A DNA stretch of 64,000 nt, taken from Gracilinanus agilis. Its lineage: Eukaryota. Positions 11,893 through 23,400 of the stretch are shown in pieces (position 1 is the first letter of the stretch; each line of letters starts with the position of its first letter). The stretch lies in contig NC_058131.1 of the NCBI RefSeq assembly GCF_016433145.1, positions 569,026,446 through 569,090,445 of the forward strand, read 5' to 3'. The notes beneath the pieces were generated by a model. It was given only the letters and a program-made list of their open reading frames with translations. It made no database searches and was not told the origin of the DNA. A program made the position numbers and the translations under genes.

Positions 11893-13297
11893 TCATTGTC
11901 TCACATTATTCTCCCAACACCCCTTCAAGGAAGGCGTTACTATTATTCCCGATCTGATAGATGAGGAAATTGAGATAAATAGAAGTTAAGCAATTTGGCC
12001 ATGATCACACAGCCAGGAAGGGTCTGAGGTGGGCTTTGAATTTAGTATTCCCAAGTAAGACTATTCAATAAACTTTTACCCAGAGGACTTCTAACCTGGA
12101 GGCGCAGGAGGGCTCCCTCTAGGCTTCCTTTTTCTCTTCTTCACCAGCTTCATACTGGCCCTGGACTACAGTGGCCATTGACTTACTATATGATCAATGT
12201 GTTTAGCTGAAACTGGTTAAACTGGAACTCATTCTAAGTTCTTCCTCAATGAACATCTTACTTGTGTAAAGACCACACCACTGACTCACCATCAGGAGAA
12301 TCTTTCTGGGCGTGGTTTTGCTAACAGTATGGATGTCTTGTGCTGAGTTATTCCAATCCTTTGACCCAGTTGTCCACCATCCTTTGCTCTGGTGATTTGT
12401 AGCACATATATAGAACCAGCCACAGGTTAGTGAGGGAGGCTGAGGTCCTGGAACTGATTTGTTCTCTGTTGAAAGCTAATTAGCTCATACCTGAATCAAA
12501 CCCACTACCTTGGCCTCATTAGCACCAGACTCCAAACCCAACAAAGCCCAAACAGATGTTTAGTGTATGACTCACCAGATGTTTTGGACTACTAAAGTGG
12601 CTCATAGGGAATGCCATGGTGTATAATCTATACCTCATGCGAGGTTCTACTATAACCTGCACATTTTCAACCCCAAATTACATTATATGCCATACTTGTA
12701 AAACTAGAAAAGCCCTTTCCTCCTCCCCCACAAGGGTCTAAGAACTAGTCATAGTATATATTTTGGTGAATAAGATTTCACTGGAATAAGGTAATTTTTT
12801 ATTCTAAGAAACAAGAGGGCAATATACTCTGCTGGTCCAAATAAAGAGTAGGCTTTTTTGTTTTCTTTCAAAACTGAATCATGGCCTTTAATCAGTGTAT
12901 TTTCAGTGGATACCCATTTTTTATACCCTAAAAAAAAGAATTCATTTTAGGAAATGCAGCTGGTTCAGAGACAGCCTATATTTTGACCAAGACAACAATA
13001 TGATCAACTCTGTTTTCTTCATAATGCTTAGCTAGGCCCCAGGCTACTAACGGTCTGAGCAATAATAATAATAATTTTGTTTGATTCAAGAAACAATGAT
13101 TAATATCTACTATGTCTAAGAAACTGTCGTATGTGCTATAAATGCAAAGTGATCAAATATACAAGATCTTGCATGTCAGAAAATAAGCTTCTTAAGTCCA
13201 GGGACTGTCTCCTTCTTTAATTCATATTCCCAGGGCCAAGCACCTAGTAGGTATTTAATTGGCACATAATAGGTATTTATTAAAAACTAGCCAATAT

Positions 13298-13500
13298 GGG
13301 GTCAGTTAGATGGCTCGGTGGATTGAGAGCCAGGCCTAGAGAGGGGAGGTCCTGGGTTCAAATCTGGCCTCAGACACTTCCTAGCTGTATGACCCTGGGC
13401 AAGTCACTTAACCCCCATTGCCTAGCCCTTAGCACTCTTCTGCCTTGGAACCAATACATAGTATTGATTCTAAGATGGAAGGTAAGGGTTTTAAAAAAAA
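13298..13500 (+). mobile_element. SINE1-type SINE with TSD
   Basis: Full head, core and tail; TSD aaaaactagccaa at 13282-13294 and 13497-13509. Confidence 0.9.
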
Positions 13501-13959
13501 ACTAGCCAACTGAGTAGTATATGTTGTGCTTAAACTTTTCAAAGTACTTCTCTACTCATCATTTCCTTTGATGATACTAATAATCCTATGAAATAGAAAA
13601 GGCAGATGTTTTTTAGCCCATTTGACAGAGGACAAAACTATGTTCCAGACACTCAAACGTAATGTTATAGCTCAGCTCTGCTACTCTCTTTGTGACTTTG
13701 GCCAGTTGCCACAGCCATTGGGCTAGAGTCAAGTTACTTCTTCTACCTCACTTTCCCCACTCTCCTCATCCTTGCTTCTCTATTCTTTCTCCCTGTCTTG
13801 CCCAGGAATAAGGTCTATTTGAGACAACAAAGGGAGAATTTGCAAAGAGAGAATTTTTGCCATATATAATTTTAATCGAAATGCCAATTATCTGAGAAGC
13901 AATGTGATTCAGCAGAGAGGGTCAAATGACCTAGATTCTAGGTCCCATCTGTCACTTAT

Positions 13960-14525
13960 CATCCTTAGTGGTTTATGGGGTATTTAGAGAGGACTAGCAT
14001 CTCTGGTGTGAGGGCTTGCAGAGCCCTTTTCAGGGCTGCTCATCCACCTTTGGTGTCCATCTTTCATCCTGCTCTCATCTGGGGCTCCAAGAAACTGTAG
14101 CATGTGCAGCAGCCACACCCCAGTAAATCTGGCTCAGTAGACAGATTGAACTAGGTTGAGGGTACTCAATAGGGTACAAACCTGTTGGCAAGTTAGTGGA
14201 TGTCCATCCCAAGTATAGAAGACTTCCTCTGGTAGAATGGATAGATGAAATCAGTTTGTTTGAATAGTCATAAAGGTGGCAGAAGCAGACCCTGGAGCTC
14301 TTAGAGCTTGGTCAGACATCAAAGATGCCAAGGTCATCCACTGCATCCCAGGCCATCATCAGTCAACTTTTGTCTTGCCACTGGACTTGGATGACTCTGG
14401 AAGAGAAAATAAGGCTAATGGCTTTGTGTGACTCTGCTTCACTTAAATCCAGTTCAAGTGCAAGTCAAGCTATCATCCCAAAATGTCATTGGTTCTCTTA
14501 GAAAAGGAAGGAAAATGGCAATATG
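13960..14525 (+). mobile_element. RTE-derived non-autonomous retroposon (longer copy)
   Basis: Shares its 3' half with 11505-11892 (ttttgtcttgccactggac...cacttaaatcca...gtcattggttctctt). Confidence 0.55.
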
Positions 14526-14724
14526 ATCCTATGAATTATAATGTATTCCTCAACCTCTCTGGGGCTATAGTTTCCTCATCTATAAAGTGAAGGAATAGAT
14601 GACCTCTAAGGTTCCCCTCAGCTTTTACTCTCTATGATTCTATGACTTACCTAAGCTAACATAGTCAATTAGAGGCAGGGTTTGCACTAGAACCCAAGGC
14701 TTCTGATTCCTATCCCCATGCTTT

Positions 14725-14975
14725 CCCACTAGGTGGTTAGGTTGTGCAATGACTAGATGATTAAAATTGGAGTCAGGGAGACAAGTTCTAATTTGACCTC
14801 AGACACTAGCAAAGTGACCCTGAGCTTAACATCTTAACATCATGTCTGTCTCAGTTTCCTAATCTATAAGATGAGGATAATAGCACCTACTTTCCAGGGT
14901 TTGGGGGAAGGATAATATGAGAATATTTGTAAAGCAACTTGAAAACCTTAAAGCATTATATAAATGTCGTTATTT
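14725..14975 (+). mobile_element. MIR-type SINE
   Basis: ctcagtttcctaatctataagatgaggataatagcacctact...gtaaagcaacttgaaaaccttaaagcattatataaatg. Confidence 0.7.
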
Positions 14976-15456
14976 TACACATTTTAGATAAATGGGGGAG
15001 GGAATGAGGTATTCAAGCCTTCTGTGTGTACAAAGTCTGAATGTCTGCGTCTGGATAGATTCCAGAACTAAATATAAGTGGTGTGAGACTTTTCTACTCA
15101 TCTGGATTTTCTGGATCCCTACTCCCCATCATTAGGGAAGATAATTAAGAGCTGACTGTGGCCAATTGACAAATAGTATGTTCCCAAGATGATTCCCAAA
15201 TGCAAAGTACATCTTCTGCCATCATGGAATAATCATATTCATTTCCCTGACTCCAGTCATGACAGCCCACCACTTCTCGTTGCTGTATACTCTCATTGCT
15301 GTGTCCAAAATTGTGGGACTAAGGGTTTCCATCCTATAAAGTTGGCAACCTTTTTGTCTATGTTTCCAAAAGGAGATATTCCTAGGATGTGCTTAGATGC
15401 CCATTACTTATGGCTTCACTTCATGTCCTGCATATTATTTTTGGTTTTGTTACTTA

Positions 15457-15657
15457 TTTTTTTAAAACCTTCACTTTCCATCTTAGAATCGATACTGCAT
15501 ATTGGTTCCAAGACAGAAGAGTGGAAAGGGCTAGGTGATTGGGGTTAAGGGACTTGCCCAAGGTCATGGAGCTAGGAAATGTCTGAGGCCAGATTTGAAC
15601 TCAGAATCTCCCATCTCCAGGCCTGGCTCTCTATCCACTGAGCCACCTAACTTCCTC
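15457..15657 (-). mobile_element. SINE1-type SINE
   Basis: Reverse complement of a full element with T-rich tail. Confidence 0.85.
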
Positions 15658-15734
15658 CTGTATACTGTTTTAAAATGTGATGATCACTTGAGAGACTATC
15701 TTGTTTGATAATATACTTTAAAAATGAAAAACAA

Positions 15735-15905
15735 GGGTGGCAGCTAGGAGGCTCAATAAAGATGGGAGGCCCTGGGTTCAGATATGTCCTCAGACATTTC
15801 CTAGCTGTGTGACTCTGGGCAAATCACTTAATCCTGATTGCCTAGCCCTTTCTGCTCTTCTGACTTAGAACTGATACTAAGATGGAATGTAAGGATTTTT
15901 TTTAA
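15735..15905 (+). mobile_element. SINE1-type SINE, head partly deleted
   Basis: ggcagctaggaggctca joined to agatgggagg; B box, core and tail present. Confidence 0.8.
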
Positions 15906-16144
15906 GTTAATTGATCACACAAAAAAATCAAAGGCATCACCTAGGAAACTAGTGATAAGCTTCTCTGACTCTCAGATGATAATCATAGGCTTACCACCCA
16001 GTTTAATTCCAGTTCATTCTCTACATAGCTTTCAAAGTAATTTTCTTTAAGTATAGATCTGAACTTATCTCTTCTTTACTTAATAAATTCCAGTAGCTCC
16101 CTAATGCCTCTAGGATAAAATTATCCTGTTTGACTTTTAATCTA

Positions 16145-16390
16145 GATGATACAGCAGATAGAATGCTGGCTCCAGAGTCAGGAAGACCTGAGTTTAAATG
16201 TAGTCCCAAACACTAGAAGTTTAACCCAGGGCAAGTCAGTAAATAGTTGTTTGCCTCAGTTTCCTCAACTATAAAAATGGGGAAAATAAAAACGCCTACC
16301 TCACAAGGTCATTATAAAAATCAAATAAGATATTTGTAAAACACTTAGCATAATAACTGACCCAGAGGAAGTACTTAATTCAAGCTTATT
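16145..16390 (+). mobile_element. MIR-type SINE
   Basis: ggagtcaggaagacctgagtt...cctcagtttcctcaactataaaaatgggg. Confidence 0.7.
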
Positions 16391-16574
16391 CTCTTCCTTC
16401 TCTCCTTCACAACTTGGCCTTACCTTAATCTTTTAAGTCTCATTGCACCCCCATTCTTGAATTCTGTGATCCAGCCAATTGGCCTCCTCTCTGTTCCTGT
16501 CCCTTAACATAAGTCATCTTTCTGCCTAAAATATGTTCCCTCTTCCCCTCTACCTCAGAAAATTTCTATCTTTT

Positions 16575-16757
16575 TTTTTTACCTTTATTTTGTTTTAGTA
16601 TCAATTTCAACAGAAGAGCAGCAAAGACAAGACAAAGGGGAGTTAAGTGACTTGCCCAGGATCACACAGCTAGCAAGTATCTGAAACCAGATTTGAGCCC
16701 AGGTCCTCCTGCCTCCAGGCCTGGCCCTCTATCCACTGTGCTACCCAGCTGCCCCTC
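16575..16757 (-). mobile_element. SINE1-related SINE
   Basis: gttaagtgacttgcccaggatcacacagctag...atttgagcccaggtcctcc...ctatccactgtgctacccagctgcccc. Confidence 0.8.
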
Positions 16758-16942
16758 CTCTCTTCTTTCGAGACTCAGCTCAAACACTACCTTCCACATG
16801 AAGCCTTTCCTCCAAATGCTCATCTATCCCTCTAACTTGTTTTATTATTTACTTTGTTTATTTTATATATGTATGCATTGTCTTCTGGTTAGTATACAAG
16901 ATCTTTGACAATGGAAATTGTTACATTCTTTGTATTTGTACA

Positions 16943-17190
16943 GGAGGCAGCTCAGTGACCCAGCAAATGGAGCTCTGGACCCAGAGTTAGGAATATCTGA
17001 GTTCAAAGCTAGCCTTAGTTATTTAATAGCAGTGTGGCCTTAGACAAATTGCTTAACTTCTGTCTGCTTCAATTTCCACGTCTGCAAAAATGGGATAATA
17101 ATAGCTCCTACCTCCCAGGGATGTTGTGAGGATCAAATGAGATCATATTTGTAAAGTTCTCACACATAGTAGACACATAATAAATCTTTG
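16943..17190 (+). mobile_element. MIR-type SINE
   Basis: gggataataatagctcctacctcccaggga..ttgtgaggatcaaatgagat MIR core and tail. Confidence 0.7.
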
Positions 17191-17264
17191 CTGGTAAAAC
17201 CTTTTAGAACTTACAATACACTAGTACTATAGCAGGTATAACCTTTTAAGACATAAGTCCTTAA

Positions 17265-17415
17265 CCTCCATAAACTTTCCTTTAAAATGTTTTGATAACT
17301 ATTTTAATATATTTGGTTTCCTTGGTAATCCAATGTATTTTATCTTGTGCATGGGGATCCATAGGCTTCACCAGACTGCCAAAAGGCTCTTGAGGGCAAA
17401 AACCCCCTGCTCTAA
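17265..17415. mobile_element. hAT-Charlie-type MITE (internally deleted)
   Basis: ttttgataact...ggggatccataggcttcaccagactgccaaaagg, same family as 46539. Confidence 0.6.
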
Positions 17416-17597
17416 GCCTAGGGTAGCCTGCTCACCACAGTAGGGAATCAGAGTTGGATTTAATAGGAGAACATAAAATTATTATTCATATTCACATTCT
17501 CATTCCCCTCCCTGTATCTCTTGAAGGCTAGAAGGACAGATATCCTGTCACTATTCCAAATGTCCTTCTTCCTCTGACTAGGCCTTTCTGTTTTTAG

Positions 17598-17742
17598 CTC
17601 GGAGGCTTTCCAGAAAGGAGGAAGGAAGGGAGCTAAGAAGGTGATGATTGTTATCACAGATGGAGAGTCCCATGACAGCCCAGATCTGGAGAAGGTCATT
17701 GAGGACAGTGAGAAGGATAATGTTACTCGATATGCTGTGGCT
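17598..17742 (+). CDS. ITGA11: Integrin alpha-11 exon 8 (145 bp), alpha-I domain
   Basis: tttttag|C TCG...GCT|gtaagt; (R)SEAFQKGGRKGAKKVMIVITDGESHDSPDLEKVIEDSEKDNVTRYAVA. Confidence 0.96.
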
Positions 17743-18469
17743 GTAAGTCCTTCTTCTCTCCATCCCCTCTTCACTTCCATTGAAACTTCATTCCATCCTG
17801 AATCCCATCCCTTCTTCTGCCAAGCTGGTCTCACTACTCTGATAGACTGTGGGCTAATATGAAAGTGTGTGTGTATAGCTATCTGGTGGTAACACTTGAA
17901 CTTTAACAGGGGTCTTCTGAAGGTAATGTCCCTACCTTTGATGCCCAATTGATTACCCTTGAACTACTCACTCTCTTTGTAACTTCCCAGACCATAATTT
18001 CCTTCCCTGGTCACCATTCTCTCTATATGTATTGCCTCCTCCCTTTTGAATATAAGCCCCTTCAGGATAAGGATTGTTTCAATTTTGCATTTATATCCCT
18101 GAAACTTGACACACCACAGACCTTTCTCTTTCCATCCATTCATTCTAAGGTACCAAGGAATCTAATATTAAGCATCTCATGCAGGTTAGAAGGGGCTCCT
18201 ATGACAGGCTGAACTGTAATCTTTTGGGAGTATAACTCAAATCATCTGGTATAAACAGCTTCAGGTTTATTCAAAATAGGGGATTGTCCTTCCTATCCTA
18301 CTTCTTATCCCTCTGGAGAGTGAGTTGAAAATCTCTTTTTGTTCTGCATAGGCCAAGAGGATGATTTGTTTTTATTTCTCTCGTATTATTTATCCAAGCA
18401 ATATCATTGGATGGGAGCTCAAACAAGTCAAAATATGGTGTGCAAGGCTTTACTAAGAACAAAAGCCTT

Positions 18470-18679
18470 GGGGGCAGCTGGGTAACTCAGTGGATTGAGA
18501 GCCAGGCCTAGAGATGGGAGGTCCTAGATCCAAATCTGGCCTCAGACACTTCCCAACTGTGTGACCCTGGGCAAGTCACTTGACCCTCATTGCCTACCCT
18601 TACCACTCTTCTGCCTTGGAGCCAATACACAGTATTGACTCCAAGATGGAAGGTAAAGGTTTAAAAAAAATAAAATAAA
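18470..18679 (+). mobile_element. Young SINE1-type SINE with 15-bp TSD
   Basis: TSD aagaacaaaagcctt at 18455-18469 and 18680-18694. Confidence 0.92.
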
Positions 18680-18799
18680 AAGAACAAAAGCCTTAGAGTG
18701 GCTGATTTGGAAATTAGATAAATTGAGTTTGAATCCCAGACTTTCTACTCGTAGCTATATGATCTTATGCAAGTTACTTAACCTGTATATCAACAACAA

Positions 18800-19060
18800 C
18801 AACAATAATAATAAACACATATAGAGTTTACTATCTACCATATATTATACCAAACACTTTACCATTATTATATTTGGTCCTCAAAACACCCTGAGAGGTA
18901 GGTGCTATTGTTATCCCCATTTTATAGATAAGGAAACAGATAATCAAAGGTTAAGTGATTTGCTCAGGGTCACACAGCTAGTAGGTTCCAGAGGCTGGAT
19001 TTGAACTCAGGTCTTCCTTATTCCAGGCCCAGCACTCTATCTACTACACCATCTAGTTGT
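18800..19060 (-). mobile_element. MIR/Mar-type SINE
   Basis: ccctgagaggtaggtgctattgttatccccattttatagataaggaaac...ggatttgaactcaggtcttcc. Confidence 0.7.
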
Positions 19061-19367
19061 TCTATGAACATGTTTCCTAGTCTTTAAATTGTAAGAACTG
19101 AACTAGATAATCTCTAAGGTCTCTTTCAGTTTTAAATCTATGATTCTTTGATCCAATCATACTTCTAAGTCCTTAATCCCATGATTCTATGATTCTATGG
19201 ACCTTTACTCTCCAAGTAGATCAGTTCCATTTTGGTCTAATATAACCTTATGGAACCCATTGGTCAGGAAAAAGAATATCAATGCCTCCAGCTTGCCCAA
19301 GAAGCCTGTGAAAATGGAGACATTGGGAGACCAAGCTGTGTTATGGTCCTTCCCTATTCTCATATAG

Positions 19368-19533
19368 GTCCTTGGCTACTATAACCGAAGGGGCATCAAC
19401 CCAGAAGCCTTTCTGAATGAAATCAAGTACATAGCCAGTGACCCTGATGACAAGCACTTTTTCAACGTCACAGATGAGGCAGCACTGAAGGACATCGTGG
19501 ATGCCCTTGGGGACAGGATTTTCAGCCTGGAAG
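19368..19533 (+). CDS. ITGA11: Integrin alpha-11 exon 9 (166 bp), end of alpha-I domain
   Basis: catatag|GTC...GAA G|gtgagt; [55 protein letters not shown](G). Confidence 0.96.
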
Positions 19534-20715
19534 GTGAGTAAAGAATCATGTTCTTTACATACTCATTTTAGTAGGTCTCTATTTAAACAAGCCTACATAA
19601 GAAAACCCGTATTAAAAAGCAGATTGATTTAGAAGGGTTGGGATTTTGTTACAAGAAATAAGCACCCTCATTTTTCTGAAGGAGGCACTGCAGGGTTTCT
19701 TTATATAACCAAGTCTCCTAGCACATTAAAAATAGGATTTCAATTCCACAGATCCAATTTAGATGAGAGTTGTTGGGAACACAGAAGCTAGACCCAGGGC
19801 AGAGGAAGTATACAAAAGAAATAGTTCTCAAGGCCTCCTTTGCCTCTCCCTGTCCTTGAGAAGCTCATAGTCCAAGCTGGGTGATACAGAAAGGACAAAC
19901 CTAAAGGAAAAGGACTCATTCGATGCCTTACAAAGAAACGTATAAATTGCCAATGAATGTAGGGTCACGATCTGCTTGTTTGACAAACATACCAAACAAA
20001 CAAAAAGTGGCACATCCAGATGAGTCTTGTCCCCTTCAAAATAGTCACTTCCAGAGGCTATATGCTTATTCCCTAAGTGGTGCCATTGTTCAAAACATTT
20101 CTGCAGTTCCTCTTTCTGAAAAAAAAAACAGAAGCCTCAGAGTGGCTGGTTTGGGCATCAAACCACCCATGATTAAATACTAGCTTTTCTTTCACTCATT
20201 CTTTGATCTCAGACGAGTCACTTTGCCTCCTTTGGCCTCAGTTTCCTCATGTGTGAAATGAGAGAATTGGGCTAAACAACTTTTGTAAATGCTTCTACAT
20301 TCAGGATCCTATGATCTCATCAAGTTCTAAATCCATACTCTTATTTCCAACAGCCCCAGGAGTGGCAAATCTTTGCCCTGCATGTGATATTTATTTAAAT
20401 GTCTTTACCAACTGACCCCTTCCAACCTTCTCAGGCTTCTTACATTTGATTCCCTTACACAGATTCTATGATCCAGTTATCCTAGCCTCCTTGGGTTCCT
20501 CATACATAAAATTCCCTCTCCTGGCTCCATGCATTTGAGCTGGCTGACTCCCACGCTTGAAATTTTGTCCTTGTTTACCTCCTAGACCCAGCTTCCCTGT
20601 AATACTTCAAGATTGATCTCAAACCTTGGCTTTTGCAGGAGACCTTTCCCTTAGCCTAGTCCTGCCCCCTAGTCCCCAATGTTAGTCTCTTCTCTCTGAG
20701 ATTACCTTCTTTTTC

Positions 20716-20762
20716 AGAAAGAGAGAGAGAGAGGGAGATAGATAGATAGATAGATAGATTGA
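20716..20762 (+). repeat. (GA)n/(GATA)n microsatellite
   Basis: agaaagagagagagagagggagatagatagatagatagatagattga. Confidence 0.9.
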
Positions 20763-20844
20763 TTTTGCAGGAGACCTTTCCCTTAGCCTAGTCCTGCCCC
20801 CTAGTCCCCAATGTTAGTCTCTTCTCTCTGAGATTACCTTCTAT

Positions 20845-21121
20845 NNNNNNNNNNNNNNNNNNNNNNNNNNNNNNNNNNNNNNNNNNNNNNNNNNNNNNNN
20901 NNNNNNNNNNNNNNNNNNNNNNNNNNNNNNNNNNNNNNNNNNNNNNNNNNNNNNNNNNNNNNNNNNNNNNNNNNNNNNNNNNNNNNNNNNNNNNNNNNNN
21001 NNNNNNNNNNNNNNNNNNNNNNNNNNNNNNNNNNNNNNNNNNNNNNNNNNNNNNNNNNNNNNNNNNNNNNNNNNNNNNNNNNNNNNNNNNNNNNNNNNNN
21101 NNNNNNNNNNNNNNNNNNNNN
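20845..21121. other. Assembly gap (277 N)
   Basis: Run of N. Confidence 1.
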
Positions 21122-21459
21122 ATACATATACTTATAGACACATACATGCATATGCAAACATATATATATATACGTATATATCTTGCACATACGTAATTAT
21201 CTACATGTTGTCTCCCAATTAAAATGTGATTTTCTAGAGAGCTAAGACCCCTTTTTTTGCCTTTCTTTGTATACAAAGCATAATTACTGGCCCAAAACAA
21301 ACTTTTCAGAAATGATTGTTGACTAGCTGATACAATCTTGCAGTCCACTGAAGGTTCTTGGACTGGGAAATGGCCTAATGGATCTAACCAATGGGAGAAG
21401 TCTGAGGTTTCTGTATGCCTATAAAAAGGGAGGCTATCCACTAAAGAGGCTATCCACTA

Positions 21460-21710
21460 TGCCACCTAAGTAGCACAGTGGATAGAGTATCTGGGCTGGA
21501 GTTAGGAAGAACTAAGTTCAAATCTGGACTCAGACACTTACTAGGTGCATGACCCTGTCAAGTCACTTAACCCTTTTGACCTCAGTTTCTTCATGTATAA
21601 ATGAGTTGGAGAGGGAAATGGTAAACCACCCCTGGATCTTTGCCAAGAAAACCCCAAATGGAGTCATGAAGAACCAGACATGACTGAAATGACTCAATAA
21701 CAACAGAGAG
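21460..21710 (+). mobile_element. Mar1-type SINE
   Basis: Core plus gagagggaaatggtaaaccac..tctttgccaagaaaaccccaaatggagtcatgaaga tail. Confidence 0.8.
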
Positions 21711-21999
21711 CCCTGAGGCTCTCTGTGAAATGAGCTTTCTCATTTTCTTTCTTCTGGGTATCCTTATACATTAAGGTTTCTAGCTGACACCTCTACATAC
21801 TCAACCTAGCCCCTGCCCTTCCCCTGTATTTGTATTCTCTCTGTGTGTTAGTGCCCTTGAGAGTTGGACACCAGGAGCTGGCTACCCTAAGACAAAGCCC
21901 CAAGTCTTAGAAACATCTCTTATGGAAGTTACAAAGCAATATATTGGGTCCATTCACTCTCATCCCAGGCCTAACATTTCACTTTTCCTTCCGCTTTAG

Positions 22000-22070
22000 G
22001 TACTAATAAAAATGAAACATCTTTTGGCCTAGAAATGTCACAGACAGGATTTTCCTCTCATGTAGTGGAG
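22000..22070 (+). CDS. ITGA11: Integrin alpha-11 exon 10 (71 bp)
   Basis: ctttag|GT...GAG|gtaagt; (G)TNKNETSFGLEMSQTGFSSHVVE. Confidence 0.95.
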
Positions 22071-22420
22071 GTAAGTGCCTGAAATATCCCTCTAAATCTC
22101 TCTTTCTCTCTCTCTCTCTTTTTTTTTTGTCCCTTTGGGACTCTTTCCCTTTCCTCCCACTTCCATCAGGGAATTGGTGATGCTCAGGAGGCACTGGGAC
22201 AAATTGCAGATAATAGTTGATATAGATGAAAAAAAAAGTCCCACTGGATATGGAGTTCACAGACCTAGGTTCAAATCCCCAAGTCTGCCCCACAACCCAT
22301 GTGATCTTGGGTACAAATTCCTTCCCCAAGTCTCAGATTCATCATTTAAAACTAAATGGACTTGAGATTAAAAACGAATATTAATAAATGTCTAATAAAA
22401 AAAACTAAATGGACTTGAGA

Positions 22421-22571
22421 CAACTAGGTGGCTCACTGCCTAGAGACAGGAGGTCCTGGATTCAGATCTGGCCTTAGATACTTCCTAACTATGTGACTCT
22501 GAACAAGTCACTTTTACCCTCGTTGCTTAGTCCTTACCACTCCTTTGGAAGGTAAGGGTTTTTTAAAAGAT
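22421..22571 (+). mobile_element. SINE1-type SINE with head and tail deletions
   Basis: caactaggtggctcac/tgcctagagacagg...taccactcct/ttggaaggtaagggtttttt. Confidence 0.7.
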
Positions 22572-23204
22572 AAAATCAATGAACTTGGAGCAGCTAGGTG
22601 GCGTGGTAGATAGAAAGCCAGGCCTAGAGTCAGGAGACCTGGGTTCAAATCTGGCCTCAGCCTGGACAAGTCACTTAGAGAGTTTCTTCAACAAGCACTG
22701 AAGAGATAAGTGACTTGCCTTGGGTCACACGGCCAGTGTAGGTCAGAGGCAGGACTTGGACCCAAGACTTCTTGGCTCTGAGGTCAGTTTTCTATCTGCT
22801 AGGCCAGGCTACCTTTTGTGATGTTGTTTAAGTCCAATAAACATTTATTATGTACCTACTATGTATTAAGCACTGGTGCACATTAATAATTATATTTATT
22901 AATAATTATAAAAATATTTATTAATAAAAGAAAGACAGTCCTTGCCTCAAGGAGCTTATAATCTAATGGAGGGAGACAATGTACAAAAGGAGGCAAGAAA
23001 GTTGGAGGGAGAATAGATCACCAAGGGTTACCGGGCATGGGAGCATCTTATTCTATGGAGTTGAAATCAGGCAGAGAAGCAAAGTGGAATGAGCTGAGAG
23101 TCCAGTTTCTTCCCTGTATAAAGGAAGGCATTGGGAGGAGTTTGGTACTCTTCCCTCCAACCATCTTAACAAAGGAGAGAAAAGGGACAGCTAAGTGACT
23201 CAGT

Positions 23205-23400
23205 GGATGAAGAGCCAAGCCTAGAGCCAAGAGGACATGGATTCAAATCTAGCCTCAGGCACTTCCTAGCTGTGTGACCTTGAACAAGTCACAACCCCAA
23301 TTGCCTAGCCCTTGCCACTCTTCTGCCTTGGAACTGATACTTGTATTGATTTTAGGACAGAAGATAAGGGTTTTTTAAAAATCAGGGAGGGGGGATAGGC
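23205..23400 (+). mobile_element. SINE1-type SINE
   Basis: gggacagctaagtgactcagtgga head, core, tail ending aagggttttttaaaaa. Confidence 0.8.

Larger units (their letters stand above)
20390..21330 (+). mobile_element. L2 3' fragment interrupted by microsatellites, a local duplication and an assembly gap
   Basis: tctgagattacctt before the gap; catgttgtctccc...gcctttctttgtat after it. Confidence 0.55.

Noticed and set aside
20788-21441. Long ORFs 20788-21441 and 20834-21190 (-)
   Set aside because: They stay open only because they cross the N gap; the flanks are microsatellite and L2 sequence.
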